Below, piece by piece: positions 37,909 through 51,322 of a stretch of DNA of 64,000 bases. A model generated the notes under the pieces. The model was given only the letters and a program-made list of their open reading frames with translations, searched no databases and was not told where the DNA came from. How positions within the stretch are numbered: the stretch's first letter is position 1; each line of letters opens with the position of its first letter. The stretch lies in contig MU271191.1 in the NCBI GenBank assembly GCA_021432655.1, positions 124,001-188,000 on the forward strand, read 5' to 3'. Position numbers and translations under genes: made by a program. Origin of the DNA: Atractiella rhizophila (taxonomy: Eukaryota).

Positions 37909-40900
37909 TAGGGCTCTTCACCGTCGCCGCATAGACGGTCGACGGGTACGCGACGGACGGCTTTTTCCCGTGTCCGCCCCGTCACCGCGCACCACTCTGC
38001 TTTGCACAAGACGGACGGTATTCTGCCCGTCCGTCGCCCGTCGTTGACCGTCTCTGCTGCTTTGACGACGGCTTAGACGGTTGGGAGCGGTAGGTTTTTT
38101 TCCGTCAGCTTTCCAGTCCAATGCTGGGCTGTTCGCTGTTGAGACTAATGTAGGGCTAGGGTTGTACAAATACAAAATAAGAAAGACAACCCGCTTCGGA
38201 GGACTTGGCAATCAATCACCCACCTGGTCACAAATTCCATTTCCACTCCCAAGATGAAACATAATTCTGCCTCTTCTTTGTGTCAGAGCTGCGTTTGGAT
38301 TTTGAGTGGGCTGATCAGCTCAGACCATTTGGTAATTGGATGAGGGCATGACAGTGGCATGCTTCGCAACTGTTTTGAGGATAGCTTGATAACTCCTGTT
38401 GGCATATATCCCATGCACCTCCAATGTAAGCCAGATATCCTTGTAATCCAATATTGGTATGGTCCATGGGTTGGCATGCTTCTATAATTGCACGACTTAC
38501 GCATAAGACTTTGTTTCTATCGTGACAGCCAGGGACAGCTTACAATGATAGTTGTAGCATCTGTTATAAAAGCTAGTCCCTTGAGAAACTTCCTTACTGG
38601 ATTTTGCATGTTCAACAATCATGCCTGAGATTATGATTGAGAGCCGTAAAAGTAAGAGACCAAAGAAACCTGTCAATATGGAGGCAAGAAATAATGAAAG
38701 CGGTACTGCTTTGTCCCACCGACAGCACAGGAGTGCATTACACAATAGGTCAGTCTTTACATTCTGTATAGGAGCTTTGACAAAAGCTGACAGAGGGAAC
38801 AGACTGTTGAGGGATGCAAAGCACAGCGGCTATGTGGCCACCATGCATTTAATTGCTGAGACAAGCAGCCTTGAAAGGACCTTGGGCACTACGGTATCTT
38901 TTTATTTGCTATGTCTAGACCAGCGCTGAATGGAACATAAGGATAATACGGCCACTCTTTCCATCATTGGCCAGCTTCTCCTTAGCGTTGTTGCTCAAAC
39001 AAAAGAAGATGACCGTACAACTCTGGATGATGAGGATGAGTTTGCTCAATTCTATACGCAGAGCCTCAAGTTCCAACTTGCAGATATTGGCGGTTCCTCT
39101 GGCATCACAGTTTTCAGGAAGCTTTGGCTGGCTCTCTGGTCTCAAGTTGGACCCTTTCCCCATCTCACCGAACAACGTTTGCGATATCTCCATTCCGTTG
39201 GAGGCATCATTGAAGGACTCTTGATCAAAGCTGGCGAGCTGGAGGATGTTGCTCAGGATGCGATTGATTTAGATTTCATTCCTCCTGAAGCTGAAGACAG
39301 GCAGAGTGTGGAACCTGAGGACGAGCTTAGTGATGAGGCAGAGATGGAAATGAATCAAGCGTGGGCAGATGCACTGAAGGAGAATCGCAAGCCCGATGGC
39401 CTTATGGGGAAGACAAGGAAGCAGAAGAAGCAGGAGAGGGAGAAGGAGCAGGAGAAAGAAAAGAAGAAGAAAAGGAAAGCAGCTAATAGGCATGGACACG
39501 GGGTGAGCAAACTCTTCTCCTAATATATATCTGCTGATTTTAAATGCGACAGACTTGCACTGATTACGATGACGCTTCTGCTGAAGAACAGCCAGGCAAG
39601 GATGGTAAGCGGAAGGTATGCTTTCATTCAATCTTCCCCTATGTGATTGAACAAACCTGGCATTACAGAAGAAAATTGTCCGAGGTGTCGCACCCAGGGG
39701 GAAGGCTACTGTCAAGCTGTTTTACGACTCCATTGAGGACCACTCCACAATTTCGAAGAAGATGATTGCAGATAACTTTACAAGTGGCCTCGGACTTCTC
39801 CCTAGCGACAGAGTCTTCAAATGTCGAAAATGTCACAAGTTTCTTCGCCAAACAAAAGCGCAAAAATACAACTACGATGGCCTCATTCGACACACCACCA
39901 GTCATGGTTCGGCTTGGGGGAAGTGTTTAGCAAATCTCTGTGCGGTTGAGGAGGGAGAAGAGTTTGATGAAGTTGATGTGCTATTTGCAAAGGGGGAGTT
40001 GACCATCAGAGATTACGCAAGAAAGAGCAAGGGCGAAACCTTGACTCCGGAATGGGCACGCTTGACGATGCGAGGTACGGGCATTAAAGTCACTCGAAAG
40101 GCGGATGAGGTCTGTGTTTTTCTATGGTAGCTGCAAATAAACTGATTTGTTGTGGGCATCATGCAGCCGATCGATCAAGCACGACTCAAGTATCTAGCCG
40201 CTCGATGGATGGCAGCAAACAGCCAGCCATTTTCAGCATTTGACTCCCCAGAGCTGCGCGACTTTCTGACATACCTTCACGGTACTATGTTTCCTCTTCC
40301 CAGCTCTTCAACCATGCGAAGGACGATCGATGAGTGTGCACAGGCTCTGGACAACAATCTTACAAGGTTCTTTCGGGTGTGTCTAGCTTGAACTTCTTTG
40401 TTTGATCTTCTGAACATGATGACCAACTTAGGAGTGCTCAAGTGAGAGCGACATCGCCATATCTGTCGACAATTGGACATCCTCCAACAACATCTCTTTC
40501 CACGCAATCTGCGCTCATTTCATTGACAACACTGGCAAACTATTGACTGCATTGCTTGACTTTGTTGAACTCAAAGGCAAGCACTCGGGCACTCGCATGG
40601 CGGAAGTATTGTTCACATGCTTGAAGAAGCATAATCTGCAGGAACGGGTATGTATTTCCAGCAGTGGTGCGACTGTAATGGCTCATTCAGAGTGCATTTA
40701 CAGATCAGTATCATCATGTCAGACAATGCCAGTTCTAATGACACGATGATGGAAGAGCTTGAACACCTTTTCAAAGCGGAAGGCATCAACTTTCCTGCAT
40801 CCGAGAGACGTGGCCGATGTCTACCGCATATTGTCCACCTCGCCGCCTTGGATCTCTTGAATGCTATTGGTGCATGGCCCCCAAAGGCGAAGAAAGATAC

Positions 40901-42741
40901 TACCATCTCATCGGCCACTCCTGACGGCAACATCATTCACCTTGCCACCTCCTCCGGGCCAACAGTGGGCACAACCTTTCAATCTCCTGACGAACTTCCC
41001 GATCTTGTCCCTCTTGGCGATGAAGATGAAGGAGATTCTGTACCATATCAAGACATCTTGACATCGCTGTTCATACCTTTCGAGGTGGAAGATGGACGTG
41101 CTGTGGCAAGACTACCGGAAGATGAGATAGATATAACTCCAATGACTTTCACATTCAATGATGATGTTGGAACTGCTGTTCAACGGGTGAGACACCTCTT
41201 TTAACGATGTGATGAGCCTTCACTGATAGCAATGGCTAGTTGCGAACGATTGTTAAATGCATGCGCTCATCGCCACAGAAGAGAGAAGTGTGGTTCAGGC
41301 TCCTGCGATCGAATTTGGCAAACAGTGAGGAGTCGGAGAAGGTCCTCATCCTCGATGTGCGCACACGTTGGTCTTCAACATGTGCTATGTTGAAACGTGC
41401 ACTGCTCTTCCGACAAACGGTTGATGACTTTTCGAGGTGGTGCACTGACGATCTAAAATGTGTGCGACTAAGCGAGAGTGACTGGAATGCGATTCACTTG
41501 GTCTCCACCTGGCTAGAAGAATTTGCAGAGGTCACCGCCCTTATGTCGTCCACCTCCGATGTCACTATCAGCAGCGTCATCCTTCTCTTCGTAGGCCTGT
41601 TCGAAAAACTCGAGAATGCAGTCGCTACTCTTCCTCCGCAAACCCCACGACAGGTGAAAGAAGGACTTGAGAGAGCCCATCAAAAGCTCGGCAAGTACTA
41701 TAGCAAAGTGGAATCATTTCCTTATTACTATTGGGCAATTCGTGCGTTTCTCCTCATGCTGCTCATTTGGGTTTACAAAAGAGGACTTATTGCAAAAAAG
41801 TGCTCGATCCAAGGCATGGTTTGGCGACGTTTGAAGACGAACGCTATGGGTTTGTTAAGCACATGGTTGATTCTGCAAAAGAGGCACTGAAAGGGAAGTT
41901 TAATTGCGAGTACAGCCATCGCACATCAACCTCCTCTACCAAGGACTCTCAGGGACAGGAAGCTTTATCATCCAATACATCAGTGACCAAGCAAAAGCTC
42001 GGAGAACGCATCGGACGTCGAGTATCAACAGCAGCCACCAACAACGGGCATATCCTTGATCGATTTTGGAAACGTCTCCAAAAGCTTCAAGACCCGGAGG
42101 ATGGATCACCAGAAGTCGACGACAATACTGACCCGTTAGATTGGTGGAGCAAACAGGCCAACGGTGGGCGGTTCGAAGCTATGGCTCCACTAGCAAGGAG
42201 TATTCTTTGCATTCCAGGTGCGTTTCTATCTGGTTTAGCATCAACCACTGATGTTGCTACTTTGCAGCTTCTGCCGTTGCCGTTGAACGAGTCTTCTCTT
42301 CAGGGAGAGACGTCATTTCACTTCGTCGTGCTTCTCTCAAAGCCGACACCATTCGCAGGCTCATGCTGTTGCGGTCATGGTGGATGTTGGACACGTCTCA
42401 GGGTGGGAGATTGCAATGGCTCTTTGAGGCTTCCACTATTCCTTCTGCACAAGAAATCATTAACCTTGATATGGACATCGATTGAACATTGATTGCATTG
42501 TTGTACATCGGAGGGCTCCATATAGGTTAGCATAATGCATGGATTCTCGCTCCTCCTCACCCCTTGATATGACGACGGACGCCTCAACCGTCCGTCTGGA
42601 CAACATCCCGTCCCGTCTACCGTCCCGTCACCGTCAAAGGAAGTTGGGCAACAATGCGGACGGGTTGTGCGGGACGGGTGCAACCCGTTCCGTCACCGTC
42701 ATAAGACAAAATTCGACAGGACGGGACGGTGAAGACCCCTA
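37909..42741 (+). mobile_element. hAT transposon, full length (4833 bp); flanking 8-mers do not match
   Basis: 17-bp TIR TAGGG(C/G)TCTTCACCGTC with one mismatch. Dense CCGTC/GACGG subterminal repeats at both ends. Flanks are CTCATAGT and CTTGTGGA. Confidence 0.95.
38930..42485 (+). CDS. hAT transposase, apparently intact after splicing; possible extra 5' exons from 38621
   Basis: Manual splicing of 8 GT-AG introns gives one frame: BED finger CRKC...LIRHTTSH, SVDNWTS, SDNASSN, RCLPHIVHL, LDVRTRWSST, LDPR, ARSILCIPASAVAVERVFS. Stop at 42483-42485. Confidence 0.88.
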
Positions 42742-42870
42742 CTTGTGGATACAATGTTCTAGAATCTTCAGAAAAGTAAGATAAGACAAAACGCGAGAAC
42801 TTGTGGCAAAAAGGAACGTTCTAGAATTGCCACTCAAGTGAGATGGCAGGATGAATCATGAACGACAACA
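42742..42870 (-). repeat. Copia 3' LTR remnant (129 of 184 bp)
   Basis: Matches 47174-47302 with one visible mismatch and abuts the hAT right TIR. Confidence 0.95.
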
Positions 42871-42877
42871 CACCCCC

Positions 42878-45800
42878 TCAGACTGCCATCAATCCCATCT
42901 CTTCGCAAAACTTCTCCACCTTCTGTCTTGGTAATGCTTTCGTAAAGATGTCCGCAAGGTTTTCTTGTGTGGGGATGTACGCAACTGATATAGCTCGTGT
43001 CTCGACTTGATCGCGGATGAAATGATGGATGATATCGACATGTTTCGTGCGTCGGTGGAATTCTGGGTTGTGAGCGAGAGCAATGGCTCCTTGATTGTCG
43101 CAGAAAAGTGTCGTAGGCTCGTTGTTTTGGATTCCTAGGTCCGTAATAGCTTTCGAAGCCAAATAGCTTCACGGGCGGCATGCGAGAGGGCGACATACTC
43201 AGCTTCCGTTGTTGAACGTGCTGTTGCAGTCTGTTTCTTCGCAGACCAGGATATTGCGCCTCCTGAAAGTAAATAAGCATATCCAGAGATAGCCTTCCTC
43301 CCATTTGCTTCACTTGAATTTCCATCTGCATCCGTAAATCCTACAGCTTTGTCGATTTCGCCTCCGTTTCCTCCATAAACGAGAGAATAGTCCTTTGTGG
43401 ACTTAAGGTACTGAAAAACGCGTTTCACCGCTGTCCAGTGAGTTGAGCTTGGGTTTGAGGAGAACTGTGATAGGGTTTGGACTGCAAATGCGATGTCGGG
43501 GCGTGTAGCAATTGCAGCATACATTAGAGAGCCGATGGCTGCTTGATACAGCCTCTGGGCTTCGGGATTGACTTCCCTTTCATTGGGGAGTAGCTTGGTG
43601 TTTGTGTCGAGAGGGGTGGACACTGGCTTGGCATCTTGCAGTCAGTATTTCGTGATGATTTGATTGATGTAGTTGGCTTGGGAAAGTGTAATGGTTCTGT
43701 CCTGGTGATTTCGTGTGATTTGAATCCCAAGAAGTTGAACTCCTTCTCCTTGATCTGTTGCATCGAAGGTTTGTTGGATGGCCCTCTTAACTTCTGCTAT
43801 CTCATCGTCATCGTTTCCAACAATCATAAGGTCATCCACCCAAACAACAATGATAACCATCTTTCCTTCTCTCCTCCTCACATAAACACAGTAGTCCGCA
43901 TTTGATCTCCTGAATTCGAGCTCCATTAGAGCTTTATTAAGACGGACATTCCAGATTCGCCCTGACTGTTTCAGTCCGTAAAGTCCTTTGACGAGTTTGA
44001 AGACCTTTCCTGTGCCATCATCGAAACCAGGAGGTTGCTTCATGTAGAGGTTAAGCTCCTCCTCTAAATCTCCATTCAAGTAAGCTCCTACTACATCCAT
44101 AAGGTGTATCTTCCAGCCATTGGCTGCTGCAAGTGTGATGATTGCTCGCAAAGACTCCATTCGAGCAACTGGGGCAAATGTTTGATTGAAATCTTGCCCA
44201 GGGATTTGGCTAAATCCCTGTGCTACAAGTCTTGCTTTGTAGCGCTTTACCCGTCCTTCTTCATCTCTCTTTCGACGGAAGACCCACTTAGCGCCTATGG
44301 CTTTTCGATCTTTCGGCAACTTCACCAATTTTTTCTCCCAGGTTCCATACTTTTCTAACTGGTTAATCTCATCTTCCATTGCCTCCTCCCATTGTTTAGA
44401 TTCATTAGATTCCTTTGCTTCTTCATAACTGGTAAAATCGTCACTTGAGGTGATCGAAGTTGCGAAGGCAAATGCGAAGTTGCCAGCCGCATCCGTTGGA
44501 GGTAAATTTAGTTCTGGTGCAGTCGTCAACGGAGTCGTTGATTTTGTTCGTGATTTTGGTCTTGCCTTTCCATAGTTCAAGGTATAGTAGTCCACCGCAG
44601 GCCTTGCTCGCTTTCCTAACCCTGATTCATAGGTCTCGATTCTTGGTCTCGCACCTTCGTTTGGTTGGGGTTCAGGCTTCGGGAGTGGTTCTGGAGATGA
44701 GGGTGTTACTTGAGCATTTTCTTCTGCTGGTGCGTCTTTTCCTTGATCTTCTTCACTTGGGTAAGAGGTGTCTGTAGTGATTTCAACTTCTTTTGGTTCT
44801 TCTTCGGCGAAGATGTAGTTTCGTGATACGAGTATCTTTCCATTCTTTGGATTGAAATAGCGGATTGCCTTTGGTCCATCCTCGTATCCAACAAAGATGA
44901 CTTTGATTGACTTGGGGTCTAGTTTGGATCTTTCATTTCTCTCGTCAAGGACCCATACATCCATTCCAAACTCCTGGAGATGCTCGACTGTTGGTCTCTG
45001 GGTGGTCCATGCTTCGTGTGGGGTTTCATACCCTAGGGCTCGTGTGATGGAGCGATTTCTAAGGTAAGCAGCATGTCTTACTGCTTCAGCCCACAGTTTA
45101 GGACTGAGATTTTTCGCAATCAGCATTGCCCGTGCGAGTTCAATCAGAGTGCGGTTCATGCGTTCCGCCACTCCGAGTTGTTGATGTGAGTGTGGTGCGG
45201 TGAGTTCTAGCTTTATTCCTTTCTCTCTTTCTAGCCAGTCTTTGACTTTTTCGTTTAGGTATTCTGTTCCCCTATCGACTCGAATGCGCTTTGGGGTCCG
45301 TTCGTACTTTCGTTCGACGAGGTTGATATATGATTGGATGCGCTGGAGCGCTTGTTCTTTCATTGACATGAAGAGGACCGTTGTGCGGCGCGTACAGTCA
45401 TCCGTAAATGAGATGTAGTATTTGGACCCACCGTAGGAGGGAACCCACGATGGTCCCCAAACGTCAGAGTATGTAAGTTCGCCGGGTGTTTCTGACCTCA
45501 TTGACGCTTCGTGGGGATAGGCTCCATGTGCCTGCTTTGCTTGGATACAGGCTTCGCACTGCGAAGGTGAGCTCGTTTCATCTACTGTCATTCCATCAAC
45601 AAATCCCTTCTTGTGCAGCTCTTCCAGTGTCTTTGCATTGATGTGGCCAAATGCACAGTGCCACTCGTCCCACGTTCGCGCTGGTTTCTCTGCTGCTGCC
45701 ATCGCCTTTTCACCCCCTCGTTCTATACTTTGAAGTAGGTACAGGTTTCCCTTCTTTATTCCTTCTCCTAGCAACTGATCACTCTTGTTTACCAGTTGTA

Positions 45801-47012
45801 CTTTTCCTCCTCCGAAGACAGCCTTGCCGCCTGCGTTGTCGACTCTACTGATAGAGAGAAGGTTGTTTGGTGCTGAAGGTGCGTAGAGGGTGTCTTTTAG
45901 TGTGTTGACGATGATCTGACTACCGACTTTGATAGCCAGTTTGTATGTTCCGCGCACAGTTGCCTCGATTGGTGTTTCGGAGAGACCATGTATCTTGAAG
46001 TTTGATAAAGGTACGCATGTTTCCTTTATGAAACCGTTGCGATCATTTGTGATGTGTGAGGTAGTTCCGGAGTCGGCTAGCCAGGTGGTCTTAGGGAGCG
46101 AGCCGTCGAAGTGGTCTTGCGCGTGGTATGCTGAGTCGGCGAGGCGTCATTGATGTTCGAGGTTCCTGAGGCTTGGTAAGCCTTTTCCCTCTTCCCTCTT
46201 CCGAAATTCCTTAGTTTCTGACCTTCCTTTCCTCCTCCCTTAGCCCAGCACTCCGCTTTCATGTGCCCTTTCTTGTGGCAGTTGAAGCATTCGACGTCGG
46301 ATCTGTCTCCCCTGCCTCCTGCTTTCGGCTTCACCATCCTCTTTCCTTTCGCAAATAGCGCTGTCTCTAGCGCTCCTGACTTCTCCTTCCTCCGCCTTTC
46401 TTCTTCGATCAGCAGTGCCGATAGTTCGTGCAAGGACAAGGTCGGTTTGTTCGAATGCGCTCCGAAATATGCGGATGTGAAGGTGTCCCACGACTCTGGC
46501 AGCGACGTAATTAGGAGGAATGCGAAGTCGTCGTCCTTGAGTGTATCCCCCATTAAGGCAAGTTCTTCCTGAATTCCTCTAAATGTGGAGATGTGTTCCA
46601 CCATACTGAATCCTTCCTCAGCGTACGAGCGATACAACCGCCGTCTCGCCGCTAGGATTCCCAAGATCCCTTTCGACTCTTTCACCGTGCACAACTGCTT
46701 CCACATTTCCGCCGCCGTCTTTGCTCCAGCCAAATGTATCAGCTCGCCATCGGTGATCGTCAGCTCGATGCACGTCTGCGCCTTCGCGTCTTTCGCATCC
46801 CATTCGTCGAGCTCCCTCTGGTTCCTCACAATGTCTTCTTCGCCATCAGTGCCTTTCTCCACTATGGGGGTAGGTCTTCTCTTTAGCTTCGCTCCTGTGA
46901 CATAGTCTAACAGGTCAAGTTCTCGTAGGACCGCCGTGATGCGTCGTTTGTACGCCACCCAGTTATTCGACTTGAGCGGCTCGATCTTGAATGCATTGAA
47001 GGACTCGGACAT
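42878..47012 (-). pseudogene. Copia Gag-Pol with about four frame disruptions
   Basis: Zinc knuckle CFNCHKKGHMKAEC. Protease WLADSGTTSH. Integrase WH..FGH/CEAC, SDVWGP, VDRGTEY, GVAERMNRTL. RT YKARLVAQGFSQ, LYGLKQSGR, WVDD. RNase H STTEAEY, FCDNQGA, RTKHVDI. Confidence 0.95.
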
Positions 47013-47106
47013 GGTTGCGTGGGGTTGCTAGCGGGGATTGGTGCGTGGGTGCGTTGTTTCTTTCGTGCTTAGTTGGTAGGGTGCCGTTTTGTGTTATGGG
47101 CTTGTT

Positions 47107-47118
47107 GGGCTCATAACC
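47107..47118 (-). promoter_or_regulatory. Primer-binding site GGTTATGAGCCC
   Basis: Lies immediately 3' of the 5' LTR and resembles the internal tRNA-iMet-fragment type PBS of copia-like elements. Confidence 0.8.
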
Positions 47119-47302
47119 TGTTGTTATTGTAGAACGTTATATTAATTATTTCGCTTTTCAGAGCCTTTATATACTTGTGGATACAATGTTCTAGAATCTT
47201 CAGAAAAGTAAGATAAGACAAAACGCGAGAACTTGTGGCAAAAAGAAACGTTCTAGAATTGCCACTCAAGTGAGATGGCAGGATGAATCATGAACGACAA
47301 CA
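47119..47302 (-). repeat. Copia 5' LTR (184 bp)
   Basis: Inverted termini TGTTG...CAACA. Confidence 0.95.
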
Positions 47303-47898
47303 CAAACAAAGTGGTTTTCTTGTCACGGTCAGGCTTGCACTCCTTGACCACACCACTAAGCTAAAAGGGTAAGAGAATAGCAACTCAGTTGCTATCTATT
47401 GTGCAAGACCTATGTAGGATAATCACTGACACTCAAACACAACGTCCACTACCTGTGGAAACAACATGGGTACAACTGCCTACATCGGCGCACTGTGAGA
47501 AACCCTGACACAAAGACAGATACAATTACGTTTTGATCTACAAAGATGCCATAGACGTGTACAGTTTCAAAGAGCACAATACAGAGGATCACGTGGGCTA
47601 AGCCATACCGATAAGTACTTCTACTCAGAAGACGGCGTAATGATCGGCAATTACAATACCAAATTTAGAGGTCCTTTAAGGTATCTTAGATGTCGTCTTT
47701 CTGAAGATGTTTCCAAGCATCAGTGCCTTTTCCTAAGCCAGATCATTTCGCACCTCAGCAACTCGCTCATGGCCTCAACAAACAGCCCGAAACTAATGCT
47801 ATCCCCTATATTTTCGAAGTATTCAAGTGCCGAACTCCCTATGACTTTTCCTATCAGCGTCAAATTAGCGGCTATTTAAAGGGTTCAAGAACGTTGAA

Positions 47899-48873
47899 TC
47901 AAACCCAATTTTGACTTAGATATTCAATTTCTTTGGCTCGAACCTCACTGTAAGTAGCTGAAAAATCTGATGTAACTTCAAATAGGATGTTGTCCCAAGT
48001 AAGCTGGTCCATGATGCCCCAAAGAAGCTGCTTGCTTGACCCATTGGATGAGTACTGCCTCAACCTCTGGATAGGTGACAACACATCGTTTTTTCGTAGA
48101 CAAGTTTTCAGATTTGCCTGCTTCTTTCCAAATTTTGTCCTTGTCTTTGAAGTATCGAGACAGAGTTGCTGCATTGAGAGGATTGAAATCATTCTTCCTC
48201 GAGTATTGTCCTTGTTCCTCCAAATTCATTCCCTTATTCTTCTCAGCATAGTCTATAAATGCCAGTTTGTCAAGATTTGTGGGATGGCAACGGTTTTGCT
48301 TGGGAGTAACAGGTTGGGCTGAAGAGAGGTCGCCCCGAAACATGCTTTAGATGTGCTGCTGCGGTTGTGATTGAAAGAGCATTCTAATAGCTGAACTTTT
48401 GTGTGCTTCTTTCATTTTTGGCATCATGGTGGAAGATCGGTGGGTTGATACAAGGATAAATTTCAAGGAAGCCATGTGACTGTGACTTTCATGTGCGAAA
48501 AAAAGGTTCTGAAGGTCACGTGCCACACTCGCAACATGCAATCACAGCCAAAAATTACAAGCAACTGCTTGCATACTGAGAACTGAATATGCACTGCATA
48601 AAGTACAAATTACATAGGAACGAGGTTGGTGGATGATTTTTCCTTGCAAGTACAGAGGTTTGCATATTGACTAGTATGCATATTAGTGAATCTGACTGTA
48701 TTCTGAGTCCCCCAGGATTCAATTTCGTGCCACAACTTCCTGAACTCACTTACCCAGCACCTGCGTGCTTGTTTTGGACTCATGTTTGGTTCGCTTCAGT
48801 GAGTTTTCAAAATTTGGATTTCCAGGATATAAAACTCTCCAAATTTCCAGGATATGAAACTCACTTTGCTGTG
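47899..48873 (-). mobile_element. Tigger/pogo-like transposon 5' remnant (CENP-B-type HTH only)
   Basis: ORF 47978-48343 has ATLSRYFKDKDKI and YPEVEAVLIQWV. Candidate terminus at 48873 next to TA, with ATTTCCAGGATAT repeated twice. No DDE domain. Confidence 0.7.
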
Positions 48874-50794
48874 TAGAGGTATTTACTTTATCAGTCTACT
48901 GGCATTAGGTAAAAATCGCCAGCTGTATCAATAAGAACTTACAAACACCAGTTGACTCGACATGGTTTCGAGCCTTGCTCAAGCCCGAGTGATTGTCAGG
49001 TTTGCCTCTTACGCAAATCAGCGTCAGTTCACCAGATTGCATCTCCTATCGCCCATTTGCGTTCCCCGCAAATCGGTGCCTGTTCTCCTGTTCGCCCATT
49101 TGTGCCTGCATCACCACTTAGCCCCTTTGTGTCTATTCTCCTCTTATTAACTCCGCATAATCCCACTATCACTTCCCCTTTTTAGTTCTCTTACATGTTT
49201 CATCTGCTCTCCTCTACACTCCGTGGCAGTATTATTCCACTTGTATATATAGATCGGAGAGTAGTTGAGGTGACCTTAGAATATTCTCTTAGGTTTTTCT
49301 CCGGTACAGACACATTGGCCGTCAGCGACCGCACAAAGTGTCAGCTCTAACAGTAATGGATCGTCAAGCTAGGATGGACACTGTATCAAAGCAAGAAGTG
49401 TCCTGGGATTGCAGAGTGCCACACAAAAGCGCATAGCATGGTCTATCGCAGAGTACACTCAGTCCATTGATCTTGCAAGAGTGCGGGCATCTGCAGCAGT
49501 TTGTGAGTTCATCAAGTCCATTCATTCTACAAAGAGATGAGTCTTACCGCTCTAGCCCCTCGTACTTCCTAAGATAGGAGCTGCAAGAAGCTCTACACAT
49601 TGGCAACCACTCCTTTCAACCCACTCAGTTCAGCGACCATCTTCTTTGCTGCTAGGAGGGTATCCATTTCATGATTGTGTGGAGTCTAATTCTGATAGTG
49701 ACCCTGATAGCTTGCTTCCTTGTCATTGTTTCGATGCCAGACTCGGAAGTCATCCAATTTAAGCTGCTGTTTGTCGTCAAGCTCAGGAATATTGGCCTGA
49801 TAAGTTGGAGGAAGAGCCAGAAGGTGATCAGAGCCATCATCGAAGAGTGGCATAAGGATATCGCAGGCCTCGCTGCAATCCAAGGTCCAAGGATTAGCAC
49901 ATTCTTTTTTACTTAGAATATTAGAATTTACGACAATGGCGTAGCATGTGTGAGCTCAGTGGCTCCGGAAGGGCGAACGATGTTGTCAGGATTCGGATTG
50001 CCGAAACATTGTTCATTAAATTAGGTGTCAATGGTGTGAGTGAAATTAAATAGAGAGACAAATTCGTGACCACAGAACTGATTGGGAAGATAGTATGGAT
50101 CGGCCCAACATTCAATGTTGGTGTACGATCACATAGCATGAGTTCTTGAACACTTCTGGCTTAAAGTTCCTCAACTTTCACACAGCCAGCGACCAGAATG
50201 TCACATCCCTCAATAAGCCCGATTTCTTCGCTGTCGACAACCGCAGAGTAGATAGCACGACCTGCTGTAGTAACTCTGTAGAAAGAAAGCTAGTAACTAA
50301 AGTGTGTACCTGCAGAAGTTGTCATCGGAGTAAGACGATCCACTCGACGACACGACGATAGAGCTGAGCTAGAAGCGTCAGGACACCCTTAAACAGCTCG
50401 TTCACTATCTCAGAACATACATGAAAAGAGTGCCATTCTAATTTCCATCTTCAAAACCCCGGCAAGGCTGCTTGGATGGAGCCCGAAATCTGTCATCTGC
50501 ACCAACCTGATCGATTTCAAGACGAAGGTGACACATGACAATTCCTAACGTTTATCAAAGCCTTTTCTGCTTCCACTCCACCAGAACGAGGTAAGCAATT
50601 GTTTAATTTTACATCAGTAGCCGATATCCAAGATACCAGTCAATTCTTGGCAAAAGCTGAAATGGCGGGTTTCAACGATCCAACCAATAGCCACGAGCTC
50701 TGTTGGGAAATTGCAGTCACAATCTCGTCGATATCGGAGGATGAACCCGACGAATTGACGTCGACCTCTGACCCACACCCTGAACCGCCGACTC

Positions 50795-51322
50795 CATCTT
50801 GAAGAAAAAATCTGACTGGCCAGCGCCGATCAGGTCATCCTCTGCACCAGGCCGTAAGGGCTATGGTCAGTCCACATCAGTCATGGTATTATTATGATGG
50901 ATGTAAGGACGGAAAATGATCAGAGCTTTGTCAGCGTTAAAGGGTCTTAGTATCAGAACCAAATCAGGAGATGATCAGACCACCAAATGCGCATCATCCG
51001 GCACTCATCAGACTTGCGCCAGATGCAAATCATGTTGGGATCACAACTCTGACATTAATCTGTCAGACACTGATCACCCAGCAGCTGGCTCCATCTGATT
51101 TCGATATTTTGTTTGTTTTCTTGTCCTTATTCCTGCGTGGTGCAATTAGCTACGTTACTAAAATCCTTATATTGCACGTCCTGCTACCGAAAGCCAATTT
51201 CATGGTGGTATTGATTACCGTTCCTCCCACTCCATTCTCAGAACTCCTCAGCTTGAAATTAAACCGATCATCTAATTCCAATCGATCACAGGAGCGGTCA
51301 CATGGCTTAGTGGCGCGGAGGG
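50795..51322. repeat. Direct repeat copy A (~527 bp)
   Basis: Colinear with 52422-52948 with scattered substitutions. Rich in GATCAG/CTGAT motifs. Confidence 0.93.

Larger units (their letters stand above)
42742..47302 (-). mobile_element. Ty1/Copia LTR retrotransposon with truncated 3' LTR
   Basis: 5' LTR 47119-47302, PBS, gag-PR-IN-RT-RH order, PPT-like tract 42871-42880, partial 3' LTR 42742-42870. Confidence 0.97.

Noticed and set aside
48872..49352. Possible solo LTR ending CTCTAACA with a TATA-like box
   Set aside because: The left end overlaps the Tigger-like terminus and there is no TSD.
49480..49900. Weak resemblance to a CACTA/EnSpm transposase N-terminus on the minus strand
   Set aside because: Too degenerate to support without a profile search.
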